Positions 22,591-33,406 of a stretch of DNA of 64,000 bases are shown piece after piece (the first letter of the stretch is position 1; every line of letters begins with the position of its first letter). This DNA comes from Escherichia coli (GTDB taxonomy: Bacteria; Pseudomonadota; Gammaproteobacteria; Enterobacterales; Enterobacteriaceae), in assembly GCF_002854065.1 (NCBI RefSeq), contig NZ_CP024147.1. The stretch is one strand, 5' to 3'. Made by a program: the position numbers and the translations under genes. The notes under the pieces were generated by a model. It was not told the DNA's origin. It made no database searches and saw nothing but the letters and a program-made list of their open reading frames with translations.

Positions 22591-23109
22591 GTGAACATTA
22601 ATAAAGATAAAATTGTACAGCTTGCAGATACCGACACTATTGAAAACCTGACATCCGCGTTGAGTCAAAGACTTATCACGGATCAATTACGCTTAACTAC
22701 CGCCGAATCATGCACCGGCGGTAAGTTGGCTAGCGCCCTGTGTGCAGCTGAAGATACACCCAAATTTTACGGTGCAGGCTTTGTTACTTTCACCGATCAG
22801 GCAAAGATGAAAATCCTCAGCGTAAGCCAGCAATCTCTTGAACGATATTCTGCGGTGAGTGAGAAAGTGGCAGCAGAAATGGCAACCGGTGCCATAGAGC
22901 GTGCGGATGCTGATGTCAGTATTGCCATTACCGGCTACGGCGGACCGGAGGGCGGTGAAGATGGTACGCCAGCGGGTACCGTCTGGTTCGCGTGGCATAT
23001 TAAAGGCCAGAACTACACTGCGGTTATGCATTTTGCTGGCGACTGCGAAACGGTATTAGCTTTAGCGGTGAGGTTTGCCCTCGCCCAGCTGCTGCAGTTA
23101 CTGCTATAA
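22591..23109 (+). CDS. ydeJ: CinA C-terminal-domain protein (putative NMN deamidase-like)
   Basis: ORF track starts at an upstream TTG (212 aa); GTG at 22591 gives ~172 aa covering the conserved domain. Confidence 0.7.
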   Translation: MNINKDKIVQLADTDTIENLTSALSQRLITDQLRLTTAESCTGGKLASALCAAEDTPKFYGAGFVTFTDQAKMKILSVSQQSLERYSAVSEKVAAEMATGAIERADADVSIAITGYGGPEGGEDGTPAGTVWFAWHIKGQNYTAVMHFAGDCETVLALAVRFALAQLLQLLL

Positions 23110-23153
23110 CCAGGCTGGCCTGGCGATATCTCCAGGACAGCCATTGGTGGTGT

Positions 23154-25199
23154 TTATATGTTCAAGCCACGATGTTGCAGCATCGGCATAATCTGAGGAG
23201 CCTTACCGCGCCATTGTCGATACAGGCGTTCCAGATCTTCGCTGTTACCTCTGGAAAGGATCGCCTCGCGAAAACGCAGCCCATTTTCACGCGTTAATCC
23301 GCCCTGCTCAACAAACCACTGGTAACCATCATCGGCCAACATTTGCGTCCACAGATAAGCGTAATAACCTGCGGCATATCCGCCACCAAAAATATGGGCA
23401 AAATAACTGCTGCGATAGCGTGGCGGTATAGCAGGAAGATCCATATTTTCTGCCACCAGCGCCCGCAATTCAAAATCATCGACATCCTGCATTGCTTCGT
23501 TTTCTTCCAGGCAATGCCAGCGCATATCGAGAAGTGCGGCGCTAAGCAGTTCGCTCATCTCATACCCTTTGTTGAACAGGCTGGCATTACGCATTTTCTG
23601 TTGCAGTTCGTCAGGCATTGCTGCCCCGCTCTGATAATGCCGGGCGTAGCGAGCGAATACCTGCGGATGCGTTGCCCAGTGTTCGTTGATTTGCGACGGA
23701 AATTCGACAAAATCACGCGGCGTGTTGGTACCGGAAAGCGTGGCAAAACGCTGGCGGGCAAAAAGGCCGTGCAGCGTATGACCAAATTCATGGAATAAGG
23801 TTATGACATCATCCCAGAGTAACAACGCAGGCTCACCGGCAGCGGGTTTCTGATAATTGCAGACGTTATAAATTACCGGATGCGTTTCATTAAGCGTTGA
23901 TTGCTCAACAAAATTGCCCATCCATGCACCGCCGCTTTTTGAATCACGGGCGAAGAAATCACCGTAAAATAACGCCAGCCCCACGCCATTATGATCAAAA
24001 ATTTCCCACACCCGAACGTCAGGATGGTAGACAGGAATATCAAAACGTTCGACAAACCTAATACCGAAGAGCTGATTCGCGGTCCAGAATACACCTTCAT
24101 TCAACACCGTGTTTAATTCAAAATATGGCTTGAGCTGCGCCTCATCAAGATCAAATTTCTCTCGCCGGACCTGTTCGGCATAAAATGCCCAGTCCCACGG
24201 CTGCGCGCTAAACCCGCCCTGCTGCTTATCAATAACCGCCTGTATGGAGGCTAATTCATCGCTCGCACGTTGACGCGCCGCTGGAACAATTTCCCGCATA
24301 AAGTTGAGTGCTGCTTCAGGTGTTTTTGCCATCTGATCGGCGATTTTCCATGCGGCATAATGAGGAAAACCAAGTAATGTTGCCTGTTGTGCACGGATCT
24401 CCACCAGACGTTGAATGATAGCGCGGGTATCATTGGCATCATTTTTTTCCGCTCGCGTCCAGCCCGCAATAAACAGTTTTTCACGCGTCGCACGATCGCG
24501 CATTTCGGCAAGCGCCGGTTGTTGGGTGGTATTCAGCAGCGGAATCAGCCATTTGTTATCCAGACCTTTCTCGCGAGCCGCCTCTGCCGCCAGCGCAATC
24601 TCTTGCTCACTCATTCCTGCCAGCTGCGCGATATCGTTCACAACCAGACCGCCGGATTTATTTGCTGCCAGTAATCGCTGGTTAAACTGGCTGGTCAGGG
24701 TCGCAGCTTCTGTATTCAGTACTTTTAATTTTGCTTTATCAGCATGCGCAAGCTTGGCTCCGGCAAGGACAAAACGTTGATGAATCTCCTCCACCAGGCG
24801 GATGGATTCACTATCAAGCCCCAGAGATTCACGGCGTTGCCAGACAGCATCTACCCGCGCGAATAATTCACCATTCAGATAGATATCATTAGCCAGTTCC
24901 GCCAGTTCAGCGGAAAACTGCTCGTCAAGACGCTGTAATTCATCATTGGTATGCGCCGCAGTCATCGCAAAAAAGACGCTGGTAACGCGGGTAAGTAATT
25001 CTCCACTTTGTTCCAGTGCCAGAATAGTATTGTTGAAATCAGGTGTTTGCGGGTTAAGCGCGATGGCAGCAATTTCTGCCCGCTTTTGCTGTATTCCCTC
25101 ATCGAATGCCGGGCGATAGTGATGATTGGCAATTTGATCAAAATGAGGAGCCAGATACGGCAGTGTGCTTTGCACAAGGAAAGGATTCATTGTTGTCAT
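23154..25199 (-). CDS. dcp: dipeptidyl carboxypeptidase II (M3 metallopeptidase)
   Basis: HEFGH zinc motif (FHEFGHTLH); ATG at 25199 gives ~681 aa. Confidence 0.95.
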   Translation of the reverse strand: MTTMNPFLVQSTLPYLAPHFDQIANHHYRPAFDEGIQQKRAEIAAIALNPQTPDFNNTILALEQSGELLTRVTSVFFAMTAAHTNDELQRLDEQFSAELAELANDIYLNGELFARVDAVWQRRESLGLDSESIRLVEEIHQRFVLAGAKLAHADKAKLKVLNTEAATLTSQFNQRLLAANKSGGLVVNDIAQLAGMSEQEIALAAEAAREKGLDNKWLIPLLNTTQQPALAEMRDRATREKLFIAGWTRAEKNDANDTRAIIQRLVEIRAQQATLLGFPHYAAWKIADQMAKTPEAALNFMREIVPAARQRASDELASIQAVIDKQQGGFSAQPWDWAFYAEQVRREKFDLDEAQLKPYFELNTVLNEGVFWTANQLFGIRFVERFDIPVYHPDVRVWEIFDHNGVGLALFYGDFFARDSKSGGAWMGNFVEQSTLNETHPVIYNVCNYQKPAAGEPALLLWDDVITLFHEFGHTLHGLFARQRFATLSGTNTPRDFVEFPSQINEHWATHPQVFARYARHYQSGAAMPDELQQKMRNASLFNKGYEMSELLSAALLDMRWHCLEENEAMQDVDDFELRALVAENMDLPAIPPRYRSSYFAHIFGGGYAAGYYAYLWTQMLADDGYQWFVEQGGLTRENGLRFREAILSRGNSEDLERLYRQWRGKAPQIMPMLQHRGLNI

Positions 25200-25335
25200 T
25201 TTCTTCTCCTGAACGCGAGGTGTTCCATAGCGTAGGCTTACTGATAACGGAGTGCAATCTTGCAAACCAGTATTACCCGCTCTTAAGCATCACGTGCTAT
25301 GTTATTGACACACAAAAGCGTTGAGGAACAGTGAG

Positions 25336-26082
25336 ATGATCGTTTTAGTAACTGGAGCAACGGCAGGTTTTGGTGAATGCATTACTCGTCGTTTTATTCA
25401 ACAAGGGCATAAAGTTATCGCCACTGGCCGTCGCCAGGAACGGTTGCAGGAGTTAAAAGACGAACTGGGAGATAATCTGTACATCGCCCAACTGGACGTT
25501 CGCAACCGCGCCGCTATTGAAGAGATGCTGGCATCGCTCCCTGCCGAGTGGAGCAATATTGATATCCTGGTAAATAATGCCGGCCTGGCGTTGGGCATGG
25601 AGCCTGCGCATAAAGCCAGCATTGAAGACTGGGAAACGATGATTGATACCAACAACAAAGGCCTGGTATATATGACGCGCGCCGTCTTACCGGGTATGGT
25701 TGAACGTAATCATGGTCATATTATTAACATTGGCTCAACGGCAGGCAGCTGGCCGTATGCCGGTGGTAACGTTTACGGTGCGACGAAAGCCTTTGTTCGT
25801 CAGTTTAGCCTGAATCTGCGTACGGACCTGCATGGTACGGCGGTGCGCGTCACCGACATCGAACCGGGTCTGGTGGGTGGCACCGAGTTTTCCAATGTCC
25901 GCTTTAAAGGCGATGACGGTAAAGCGGAAAAAACCTATCAAAATACCGTTGCATTAACGCCAGAAGATGTCAGCGAAGCCGTCTGGTGGGTGTCAACGCT
26001 GCCTGCTCACGTCAATATCAATACCCTGGAAATGATGCCGGTTACCCAAAGCTATGCCGGGCTGAATGTCCACCGTCAGTAA
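25336..26082 (+). CDS. ydfG: NADP-dependent short-chain dehydrogenase (3-hydroxy acid/malonic semialdehyde reductase)
   Basis: SDR Rossmann motif VLVTGATAGFG; ~248 aa from the ATG at 25336. Confidence 0.9.
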   Translation: MIVLVTGATAGFGECITRRFIQQGHKVIATGRRQERLQELKDELGDNLYIAQLDVRNRAAIEEMLASLPAEWSNIDILVNNAGLALGMEPAHKASIEDWETMIDTNNKGLVYMTRAVLPGMVERNHGHIINIGSTAGSWPYAGGNVYGATKAFVRQFSLNLRTDLHGTAVRVTDIEPGLVGGTEFSNVRFKGDDGKAEKTYQNTVALTPEDVSEAVWWVSTLPAHVNINTLEMMPVTQSYAGLNVHRQ

Positions 26083-26170
26083 TTTTTATACCCGGCGTAA
26101 CTGCCGGGTTATTGCTTGTCATAAAAAAGTGGTAGACTCATGCAGTTAACTCACTCACAAGCAAGAACGA

Positions 26171-26857
26171 ATGACCGTCGAAACGCAACTTAATCCCACA
26201 CAGCCTGTCAATCAGCAGATTTATCGTATCCTTCGTCGCGACATTGTCCATTGCCTGATTGCCCCAGGCACACCGTTGTCGGAAAAAGAAGTTTCTGTTC
26301 GTTTCAATGTGTCTCGCCAGCCGGTTCGTGAAGCCTTTATTAAACTGGCGGAAAACGGCCTGATTCAAATTCGTCCACAGCGTGGCAGCTACGTCAACAA
26401 AATTTCCATGGCCCAGGTGCGCAACGGCAGTTTTATCCGTCAGGCCATTGAGTGCGCGGTGGCGCGTCGGGCGGCGAGCATGATTACCGAAAGCCAGTGC
26501 TACCAACTGGAACAAAATCTTCACCAGCAACGCATTGCCATTGAGCGCAAGCAACTGGATGATTTTTTTGAACTTGATGACAACTTCCATCAACTCCTGA
26601 CGCAGATTGCCGACTGTCAACTGGCGTGGGATACCATTGAGAACCTGAAAGCGACCGTTGATCGCGTGCGCTATATGAGTTTCGACCACGTTTCTCCACC
26701 AGAAATGCTGTTACGCCAGCATCTTGATATTTTCTCTGCCCTGCAAAAACGTGATGGCGATGCGGTAGAACGTGCAATGACGCAACATTTGCAGGAAATC
26801 AGCGAATCCGTGCGCCAGATCCGCCAGGAAAATAGCGACTGGTTTAGCGAAGAGTAA
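26171..26857 (+). CDS. ydfH: GntR/FadR-family transcriptional regulator
   Basis: 228-aa ORF with N-terminal GntR HTH and FCD-like C-terminal domain. Confidence 0.85.
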
Positions 26858-26866
26858 TTCATTTCC

Positions 26867-26896
26867 TCTCATCCCATCCGGGGTGAGAGTCTTTTC
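26867..26896 (+). terminator. intrinsic terminator after ydfH
   Basis: TCTCATCCC-ATCCG-GGGTGAGA hairpin followed by a T-rich run. Confidence 0.6.
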
Positions 26897-26938
26897 CCCC
26901 GCCTTATGGCTCATGCATGCATCAAAAAAGATGTGAGC

Positions 26939-26952
26939 TTGATCAAAAACAA
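26939..26952 (+). promoter_or_regulatory. FNR-like site (TTGAT-CAAA-AACAA, one mismatch to TTGAT-N4-ATCAA) upstream of ydfZ
   Basis: Pattern match ~85 bp upstream of the ydfZ ATG; -10-like TATTTA ~30 bp downstream. Confidence 0.4.
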
Positions 26953-27033
26953 AAAATATTTCACTCGACAGGAGTATTTATATTGCGCCCGTTACGTGGG
27001 CTTCGACTGTAAATCAGAAAGGAGAAAACACCT

Positions 27034-27237
27034 ATGACGACCTACGATCGTAACCGTAACGCAATCACCACTGGCAGCCGTGTTATGGTTAGCGGCACCG
27101 GTCACACTGGCAAGATCCTGTCGATTGATACTGAAGGTCTGACCGCTGAGCAAATCCGCCGCGGAAAAACCGTAGTTGTTGAAGGTTGTGAAGAGAAACT
27201 GGCACCACTGGACCTGATTCGTCTCGGCATGAACTAA
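27034..27237 (+). CDS. ydfZ: small conserved protein YdfZ (putative selenoprotein-binding)
   Basis: 67-aa ORF with strong SD (AGGAGAAAACACCTATG). Confidence 0.85.
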
Positions 27238-27245
27238 GCGTGTGA

Positions 27246-27276
27246 ATGCCGCCGATGGCGGCATTGCTTTTTTTAC
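27246..27276 (+). terminator. intrinsic terminator after ydfZ, overlapping the 3' end of convergent ydfI
   Basis: AATGCCGCC-GATG-GCGGCATT followed by GCTTTTTTT. Confidence 0.7.
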
Positions 27277-28733
27277 TTCACGGAATATTTTGCCACGGTC
27301 GCTTTCGCGCCATGCGCTAATAAAGACAAGTACGCTTCCGTCACTTTTGCAGTAAACAAGCAATTGTCTGGCAAATCATCACCAAAGATTGCCTTAATCG
27401 CCAGCAATGACTGGACGCGCGCTTTCCCTTCGGCACTACTTTGTACAGCCTTCTGAATAACAGGTAACAGTGGGTCACTGATTTCTATCGGATTTCCCTG
27501 TTCATCAACACCACCGACATAACGCATCCAACCCGCGACGCCCAGCGCCAGCAGATCGAACTTGCTGTCATGCGCCAGATGCCAGCGAACAGAATCCAAC
27601 ATCCGCTGTGGCAATTTCTGGCTGCCATCCATCGCAATCTGCCAGGTTCGATGACGTAACGCCGGGTTGCTATAGCGTGCAATTAATCGGTTAGCGTAAT
27701 CTTGCAAATCAACGCCCTGCACTTTCAGCGTCGGCGCTTGTTCCTGCAACATCAAGCCATACGCCGCATAACGATAATGTTCATCTTCCATACAGTCATT
27801 AATGTGCTGATATCCGGCAAGATAACCCAAATACGCCAGGAATGAATGACTGCCGTTGAGCATGCGCAACTTCATCTCTTCATAAGGCAGTACATCGCTA
27901 ACCAGTTCGGCTCCCGCTTTTTCCCATTCCGGACGTCCGGCAACAAAATTATCTTCGATTACCCACTGGCGGAAAGGTTCACAGGCAACGCCAGCAGGAT
28001 CGCGCACACCGGTAAGCTGTTCGATTTTCGCCAGCGTATCCTCTGCCACTGCGGGCACAATACGGTCCACCATTGTTGATGGGAAAGTCACGTTATCTTC
28101 GATCCATTGTGCCAGTTTTACATCAACGGCTTGCGCGTAGGAAGTGACAACGTCACGCATAACATGACCGTTTTCTGGCATGTTGTCACATGACATGACG
28201 GTAAATGCGGGAAGTCCTGCCGCTTTACGGCGGGCCAGCGCCTCAACAATCACCCCTGTTGCTGTTTTCGGCTGGTGGGGATTTTGCACGTCGGCAGCGA
28301 CCATCGGGTGATCGAGCATTAACTGTCCGGTCGCCGGAGAGTGGAAATACCCTTTTTCGGTGATTGTCAGAGAGACAATCGCGATTTGTGGTTCACACAT
28401 CGCAGCCAACACGGTTTCTAAGCCATCTATCTGTACGTGCAAGGCTTTTTTAACGACGCCAACGACGCGAGCCGTCCACGCATCGGCCGACATTTCCGCA
28501 ACGGTATAAAGATTATCTTGCTGTTGTAAATCGGCAATTTGCTGTTCGCCACCGATTAAGTTGACCTCATAATATCCCCAGTCACTGAAATGTTCTGTAG
28601 CAAGAATATCGGCATACACGCCCTGATGCGCACGGTGAAATGCACCAAAGCCTAAATGAACAATTCTTGGGGCCAGGTTATTACGATCATAAACAGGGAG
28701 TGTCGCTTTTGCTGATAACAAATTATTTCCCAT
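27273..28733 (-). CDS. ydfI: mannitol-dehydrogenase-family oxidoreductase
   Basis: 486-aa ORF with N-terminal Rossmann motif ([11 protein letters not shown]). Confidence 0.9.
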   Translation of the reverse strand: MGNNLLSAKATLPVYDRNNLAPRIVHLGFGAFHRAHQGVYADILATEHFSDWGYYEVNLIGGEQQIADLQQQDNLYTVAEMSADAWTARVVGVVKKALHVQIDGLETVLAAMCEPQIAIVSLTITEKGYFHSPATGQLMLDHPMVAADVQNPHQPKTATGVIVEALARRKAAGLPAFTVMSCDNMPENGHVMRDVVTSYAQAVDVKLAQWIEDNVTFPSTMVDRIVPAVAEDTLAKIEQLTGVRDPAGVACEPFRQWVIEDNFVAGRPEWEKAGAELVSDVLPYEEMKLRMLNGSHSFLAYLGYLAGYQHINDCMEDEHYRYAAYGLMLQEQAPTLKVQGVDLQDYANRLIARYSNPALRHRTWQIAMDGSQKLPQRMLDSVRWHLAHDSKFDLLALGVAGWMRYVGGVDEQGNPIEISDPLLPVIQKAVQSSAEGKARVQSLLAIKAIFGDDLPDNCLFTAKVTEAYLSLLAHGAKATVAKYSVK

Positions 28734-28782
28734 AACAATTCCTTAAATATAAATATGGCAAGCTACATGTTTTGTTATATGA

Positions 28783-28815
28783 AGAAAAATCCCCTCTCCG
28801 GTAAGAGAAGGGATT
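28783..28815 (-). terminator. intrinsic terminator downstream of ydfJ'
   Basis: Imperfect stem CCCCTCTC/GAGAAGGG with a T-run on the minus strand. Confidence 0.5.
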
Positions 28816-28821
28816 GAGGAT

Positions 28822-30105
28822 TTACAGACTTCTGGAAGGTTGCGCAGCTCTTACAACACGCGGTTGATCTTCCGCAGCGTCTTCCAGTGCACTTAAATCA
28901 CGGTCTTTCACTTCTGGCATTTTCAGCGCAGAGATTAAACCAATCACTGAATATGCCATGATCATAATGGCGATTGGATACCAGGATTCCGTCATGGTGC
29001 AGAAAATACCTGCCAGGATAGGACCAAAACCGGAAGCGATAAGACCACCAATTTCTTTTGAAATAGCCATCCGGGTAAAGCGGTTTTTACAACCGAACAT
29101 TTCTGCCATGGTAATGTTTTCCAGAGCAAATAATCCCAGCACCGCACAGTTATGAATCACAATCAGTGCAACCATAATCGTGCTCGGGGCATAGCTTTTA
29201 TCTACGATGATAGAAAGCATTGGCCATGCCAGCACAATCGCGGAGGTATTCATAATAATATACGGGATCCGGCGACCAATTTTATCGGATAACCAACCAA
29301 GGAACGGAATGGTCATAAAGCCGAGAATCGAACTAATCATCAATGCATCTGTTGGAATTGCTTTGTTAAACAATAACGTCTGCACTAAATAGCCTGCAAG
29401 GAAAGTCTGAATTAACCCGGAGTTACCCGCCTGACCAAAACGCAGCCCTGTTGCCAGCCAGAAGGATTTGCTCTGGAACATGCTACCAGCAGGTGCAGGT
29501 TTTGCTGTCGGTTGGTTGCTGTCATTAACCTTCTCAAAGACCGGGCTTTCTTTCAGATTCATACGTAACCAGATAGCAAAGACCATCACGACAACGCTCG
29601 CCAGGAACGGTATACGCCATCCCCACGCCAGCAGTTCCTCTTTACTGAGAATGAAGAACATAAAGGCCCAGATTGCCGTTGCGCTCAAGGTTCCGCAGTT
29701 AGTTCCCATAGCTACAAATGAGGAGATAATTCCGCGCTTACCTTTTGGCGCATATTCCACCAGCATCGTACCGGCACCGGAAATTTCCGCACCTGCACCC
29801 AACCCCTGAATAATACGCAGCGTCACCAGCAAGATGGGGGCAAAAACACCAATCTGTGCATAGGTCGGTAACACTCCAATTAAGGTGGTACAGATCCCCA
29901 TCATGGTGATGGTAATAAAGAGCACTTTTTTACGCCCTATTCTGTCGCCCATTTTGCCGAAAATAAATGCTCCGACAATACGCGCCACATAACCTGCACC
30001 GTAGGTTCCCATTGCCAGAATTAACGCCATTGCCGTTGATGATTCAGGAAAAAATATTTCATGAAACACTAACGCTGCGCCGAGCGAATATAACTGGAAA
30101 TCCAT
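28822..30105 (-). pseudogene. ydfJ: MFS transporter gene ydfJ, 3' portion (427 codons); first ~28 codons displaced to 44890-44982 by prophage insertion
   Basis: ORF begins MDFQLYSLGAALVF...; the fragment at 44982-44890 encodes MTIEKHERSTKDLVKAAVSGWLGTALEFMDF, which joins in frame across the att core. Confidence 0.85.
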
Positions 30106-30110
30106 AATTC
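30097..30110. repeat. attL core (host-phage junction inside ydfJ)
   Basis: 14 bp matching the 15-bp copy at 44890-44904 apart from a 1-nt indel. Confidence 0.75.
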
Positions 30111-30706
30111 ACAGGTGTTTTTTCCCATCCTGTGGTTTCCTTGGCGTTTTCTAGGTTTTTTCAGATAGTTGCATTTTTTTAAAAGCATCCTAAGTTCGAT
30201 CTCAGTGTCTATCTGGGGCCTATTTCTGTCCCATATATGCCCCAAAAAACTCCCCAACAGATAAGTAGTTTTTTCATGGATTTACGCGTAAAATCAATAA
30301 CGGCTGGAAATCATTCAATACTCGCACTATCGAAAAATTTACCAGCCAACCGCAGCACGTTCTTGCATAAGGTGTGTCTGCGGTTTTTCAACTATTCAGA
30401 TACATCACTCCCATCACATTCATTCCTCCACATCAAAGGCATATAGGCTATATCACCTTGATATTTTTCTTCTTCAGATAAAAACTGTTATCTATGTATA
30501 CTTTTAAACCCAATCCGTGTAGAGTCTCTGCATAAGATAGTTTGCAGTTGCCACTTCAGATTGCGCCATAAACCGCCTGATTTTTGCCGCCACCTGTTAG
30601 CATTCCTGTATACCTGAAACGACAATGTTTATCTACGAACTTTAAGAACACCCAAGATAAAATTGTCAACTATATCATATATAACACATTACTAATTCGA
30701 GGCTAT

Positions 30707-30820
30707 ATGAACAGCATACTGATAATCACTTCTCTCCTTATCATATTCAGCATTTTTAGTCATGCCCTAATAAAATTAGGGATTGGCATATCCAATAACC
30801 CAGACAAAACCGATGTATAA
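30707..30820 (+). CDS. candidate 37-aa hydrophobic small protein ([37 protein letters not shown])
   Basis: ATG at 30707 preceded by GAGG 4 nt upstream; single predicted TM helix; within a longer track ORF (30584..30820). Confidence 0.3.
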
Positions 30821-30888
30821 GTCAACATATCCTGAATCAGACATACAATATCGCAATGAAAATCAATAATATTTTAAGGAATATCTTC

Positions 30889-31122
30889 ATGAAATCAAAA
30901 GACACCCTAAAGTGGTTCCCTGCGCAGCTTCCTGAAGTAAGAATTATCCTAGGGGATGCTGTAGTGGAAGTAGCAAAACAGGGAAGACCTATCAATACCA
31001 GAACATTGCTTGATTACATTGAAGGAAACATAAAGAAAAAATCATGGCTGGATAACAAAGAATTATTACAAACAGCGATATCAGTTCTTAAAGACAACCA
31101 AAATTTAAATGGTAAAATGTAA
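30889..31122 (+). CDS. ydfK: small prophage protein (YdfK/YnaE family, cold-shock associated)
   Basis: ~77 aa from the ATG at 30889 (MKSKDTLKWFPAQLPEV...). Confidence 0.75.
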   Translation: MKSKDTLKWFPAQLPEVRIILGDAVVEVAKQGRPINTRTLLDYIEGNIKKKSWLDNKELLQTAISVLKDNQNLNGKM

Positions 31123-31438
31123 TATAATAAACTTACTTTTTTATCATTTTTCCACTTTAACAACATTTTGCTCCACTTTTCCACGAGCAAACAACTTGAA
31201 ATCTGGTTAAAATAACACGCAACACTATTCTTCTTCCTTGAGTCCGCCCGGAACTCGAAAAACAAACCGAGTTAAAGCCATTTTTCACAAAATCGATTTT
31301 GGGTCTCACCAAAGTTACGGGGTTGCATACGCATTCGTTTATTTTCGAACGTGTACATACAAATATGCACAAAAATAATCAAAATTATTTTCTGAGATGC
31401 ATTATGATATGAACACCAATTTCGTATAGAGTCTCACT

Positions 31439-32029
31439 ATGTCTCGAATTTTTGCTTACTGTCGGATATCAACGCTGGATCAGACCACCGAAAATCAACG
31501 CCGGGAAATCGAAAGTGCAGGTTTTAAAATCAAACCTCAGCAAATAATCGAAGAACACATTAGCGGCTCAGCAGCAACCAGTGAGCGTCCTGGTTTTAAC
31601 CGGTTGCTTGCTCGCCTGAAATGTGGTGATCAATTGATTGTGACAAAACTGGATCGCCTTGGTTGTAATGCAATGGATATCAGGAAAACAGTGGAACAAC
31701 TGACCGAAACAGGTATCAGAGTGCATTGCTTAGCATTGGGGGGCATTGACCTGACCAGTCCAACAGGAAAAATGATGATGCACGTAATTTCAGCAGTCGC
31801 TGAATTTGAACGAGACCTTTTACTTGAACGCACTCATTCCGGGATAGTAAGAGCCCGCGGCGCAGGGAAACGTTTTGGTCGACCACCTGTGTTAAATGAA
31901 GAACAGAAACAGGTGGTATTCGAACGAATTAAGTCAGGTGTAAGTATAAGTGCCATTGCCCGGGAATTCAAAACCTCGCGGCAAACCATTTTAAGAGCCA
32001 AAGCAAAACTTCAGACACCTGACATATAA
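31439..32029 (+). CDS. pinQ: serine-recombinase DNA invertase (Pin/Gin/Hin family)
   Basis: 196-aa ORF; N-terminal catalytic region YCRISTLDQ with the conserved serine; C-terminal HTH. Confidence 0.9.
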   Translation: MSRIFAYCRISTLDQTTENQRREIESAGFKIKPQQIIEEHISGSAATSERPGFNRLLARLKCGDQLIVTKLDRLGCNAMDIRKTVEQLTETGIRVHCLALGGIDLTSPTGKMMMHVISAVAEFERDLLLERTHSGIVRARGAGKRFGRPPVLNEEQKQVVFERIKSGVSISAIAREFKTSRQTILRAKAKLQTPDI

Positions 32030-32126
32030 AAAATAATCTCGGTGTGAGATGCTTTACGTCTTCCAAGCCCCCTTCCTTGCCGTAAATGGAAAGATACATC
32101 TAATTATAGAATTTATATGTTTTACC

Positions 32127-32702
32127 CTACGGCAGTGCTGGCCATTCAATATCCTGTGCAGTTGACGTATCAACACGGTTCAGCAACACCCGATACTTTT
32201 TCCAGGCTTCCAGCAATGAGGTTTCTTCCTCCGTTGCGATTTCCAGATCTACAGCATCCTGAAGTGGCGCAATATGCTCACTGGCTACCTGCATCAGGCT
32301 GTTTTTTGTTTCTTCCGCCTCCCGGATCCGGAACAGTTTTTCTGCTTCTGCATCTTTCACCCAGGCTGTGCCGTTCCACTTCTGAAACTCCCCTTCCGGC
32401 GATAACCAGGTAACATTTTCCGGTAACGGACCGAGTTCAGAAATAAATAACGCGTCCCCTGACGCTACGTCATAAACCGTTTTACCCCGATGGTCTTCAA
32501 CGAGATGCCACGATGCCTCATCACTGTTGAAAACAGCCACAAAGCCAGCAGGAATATCTGGCGGTGCAATATCGGTACTGTTTGCTGGCAGACCTGTATG
32601 AGGCGGAATATATGCATCACCTTCACCAATAAATTCATTAGTTCCGGCCAGCAGATTATAAATTTTTATGGTCCGTGGTTGTTCACTCATTCTGAATGCC
32701 AT
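32127..32702 (-). CDS. tfaQ: tail fibre assembly protein (Tfa)
   Basis: 191-aa ORF of the lambda Tfa/Mu U type; start overlaps the stop of the upstream tail-fibre fragment. Confidence 0.85.
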   Translation of the reverse strand: MAFRMSEQPRTIKIYNLLAGTNEFIGEGDAYIPPHTGLPANSTDIAPPDIPAGFVAVFNSDEASWHLVEDHRGKTVYDVASGDALFISELGPLPENVTWLSPEGEFQKWNGTAWVKDAEAEKLFRIREAEETKNSLMQVASEHIAPLQDAVDLEIATEEETSLLEAWKKYRVLLNRVDTSTAQDIEWPALP

Positions 32703-33271
32703 TATGCAAGCCTCACAATATAGTTAAATGCGATGTTTTTGACGGTGTTTTCCGCGTTACCAGCAGCGTTAACGGTGATGGTGTGTCCATGTGAACCAAT
32801 CGCAACGGAGTGCGTATGAGCACCAATACCGACAGTATGTGCGTGTGCACCTGCGCTTGCAGCAGTGCCGGACAGTGAGTGGGTACTGGTATAATCCCAT
32901 TGAATATTTACACCAGTCGCATAATTTCCGATTGCAACGTAAATATCGTAAGTATCACCAGATGTATTGACCCAGGCAAAATTTGTAAACCCTGCCGATG
33001 TGCGCTGCCATAAAGCACCAGTAATCCCCTTCGGATTACCATTACCTGCACGCAAAACAAGTTCAGATATACCTGCCTGTTGAGGTGAACCGACGTTATA
33101 TCCAGCCCCACCAATCAACGTAATTGAAACAACAGAACTCGCCTGCGGCATGGTTACCGTTGCTAATTTGAACCAACCAGCACCACCGCTGAATGACATT
33201 GTTGTTGAGTTAAGCGTACCAATATCTTTCGGTGTCAGTGTTATATCCGCTGAAAGCGCCTTACCATTCAC
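32702..33271 (-). pseudogene. stfQ: side tail fibre, C-terminal fragment only
   Basis: 189-codon ORF with tail-fibre-tip-like C-terminus ([22 protein letters not shown] repeats); no ATG, in-frame stop 6 codons upstream at 33290-33292. Confidence 0.75.
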
Positions 33272-33275
33272 CTTA

Positions 33276-33401
33276 CGGGCAGAAGGTATTCACGCAGGGA
33301 AAATATCTTTCCCCCTCCGGTGTTCTCACCACGAAGCCGCACGACTCCGCTGGCGCACATCGCCGGGCGTGCGCCAGAATCGCTGATTCTGTCTCTGTCA
33401 T
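33276..33401 (-). pseudogene. N-terminal stub (42 codons) of lambda K-like tail assembly protein
   Basis: Minus-strand translation [38 protein letters not shown] then TFCP-stop; near-identical to the lambda K N-terminus as I recall it, then divergent. Confidence 0.7.
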
Positions 33402-33406
33402 GGGAT

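Noticed and set aside
23343-24780. Several plus-strand ORFs (95-151 aa) opposite dcp
   Set aside because: Antisense shadow ORFs inside a gene with a clear HEFGH metallopeptidase signature on the other strand.
33297-33313. Perfect-armed palindrome GGGAAA-ATATC-TTTCCC considered as an invertase crossover site
   Set aside because: It lies inside the K-like coding remnant (codons G-E-R-Y-F-P) and does not resemble gix/hix-type sites; probably coincidental coding sequence.
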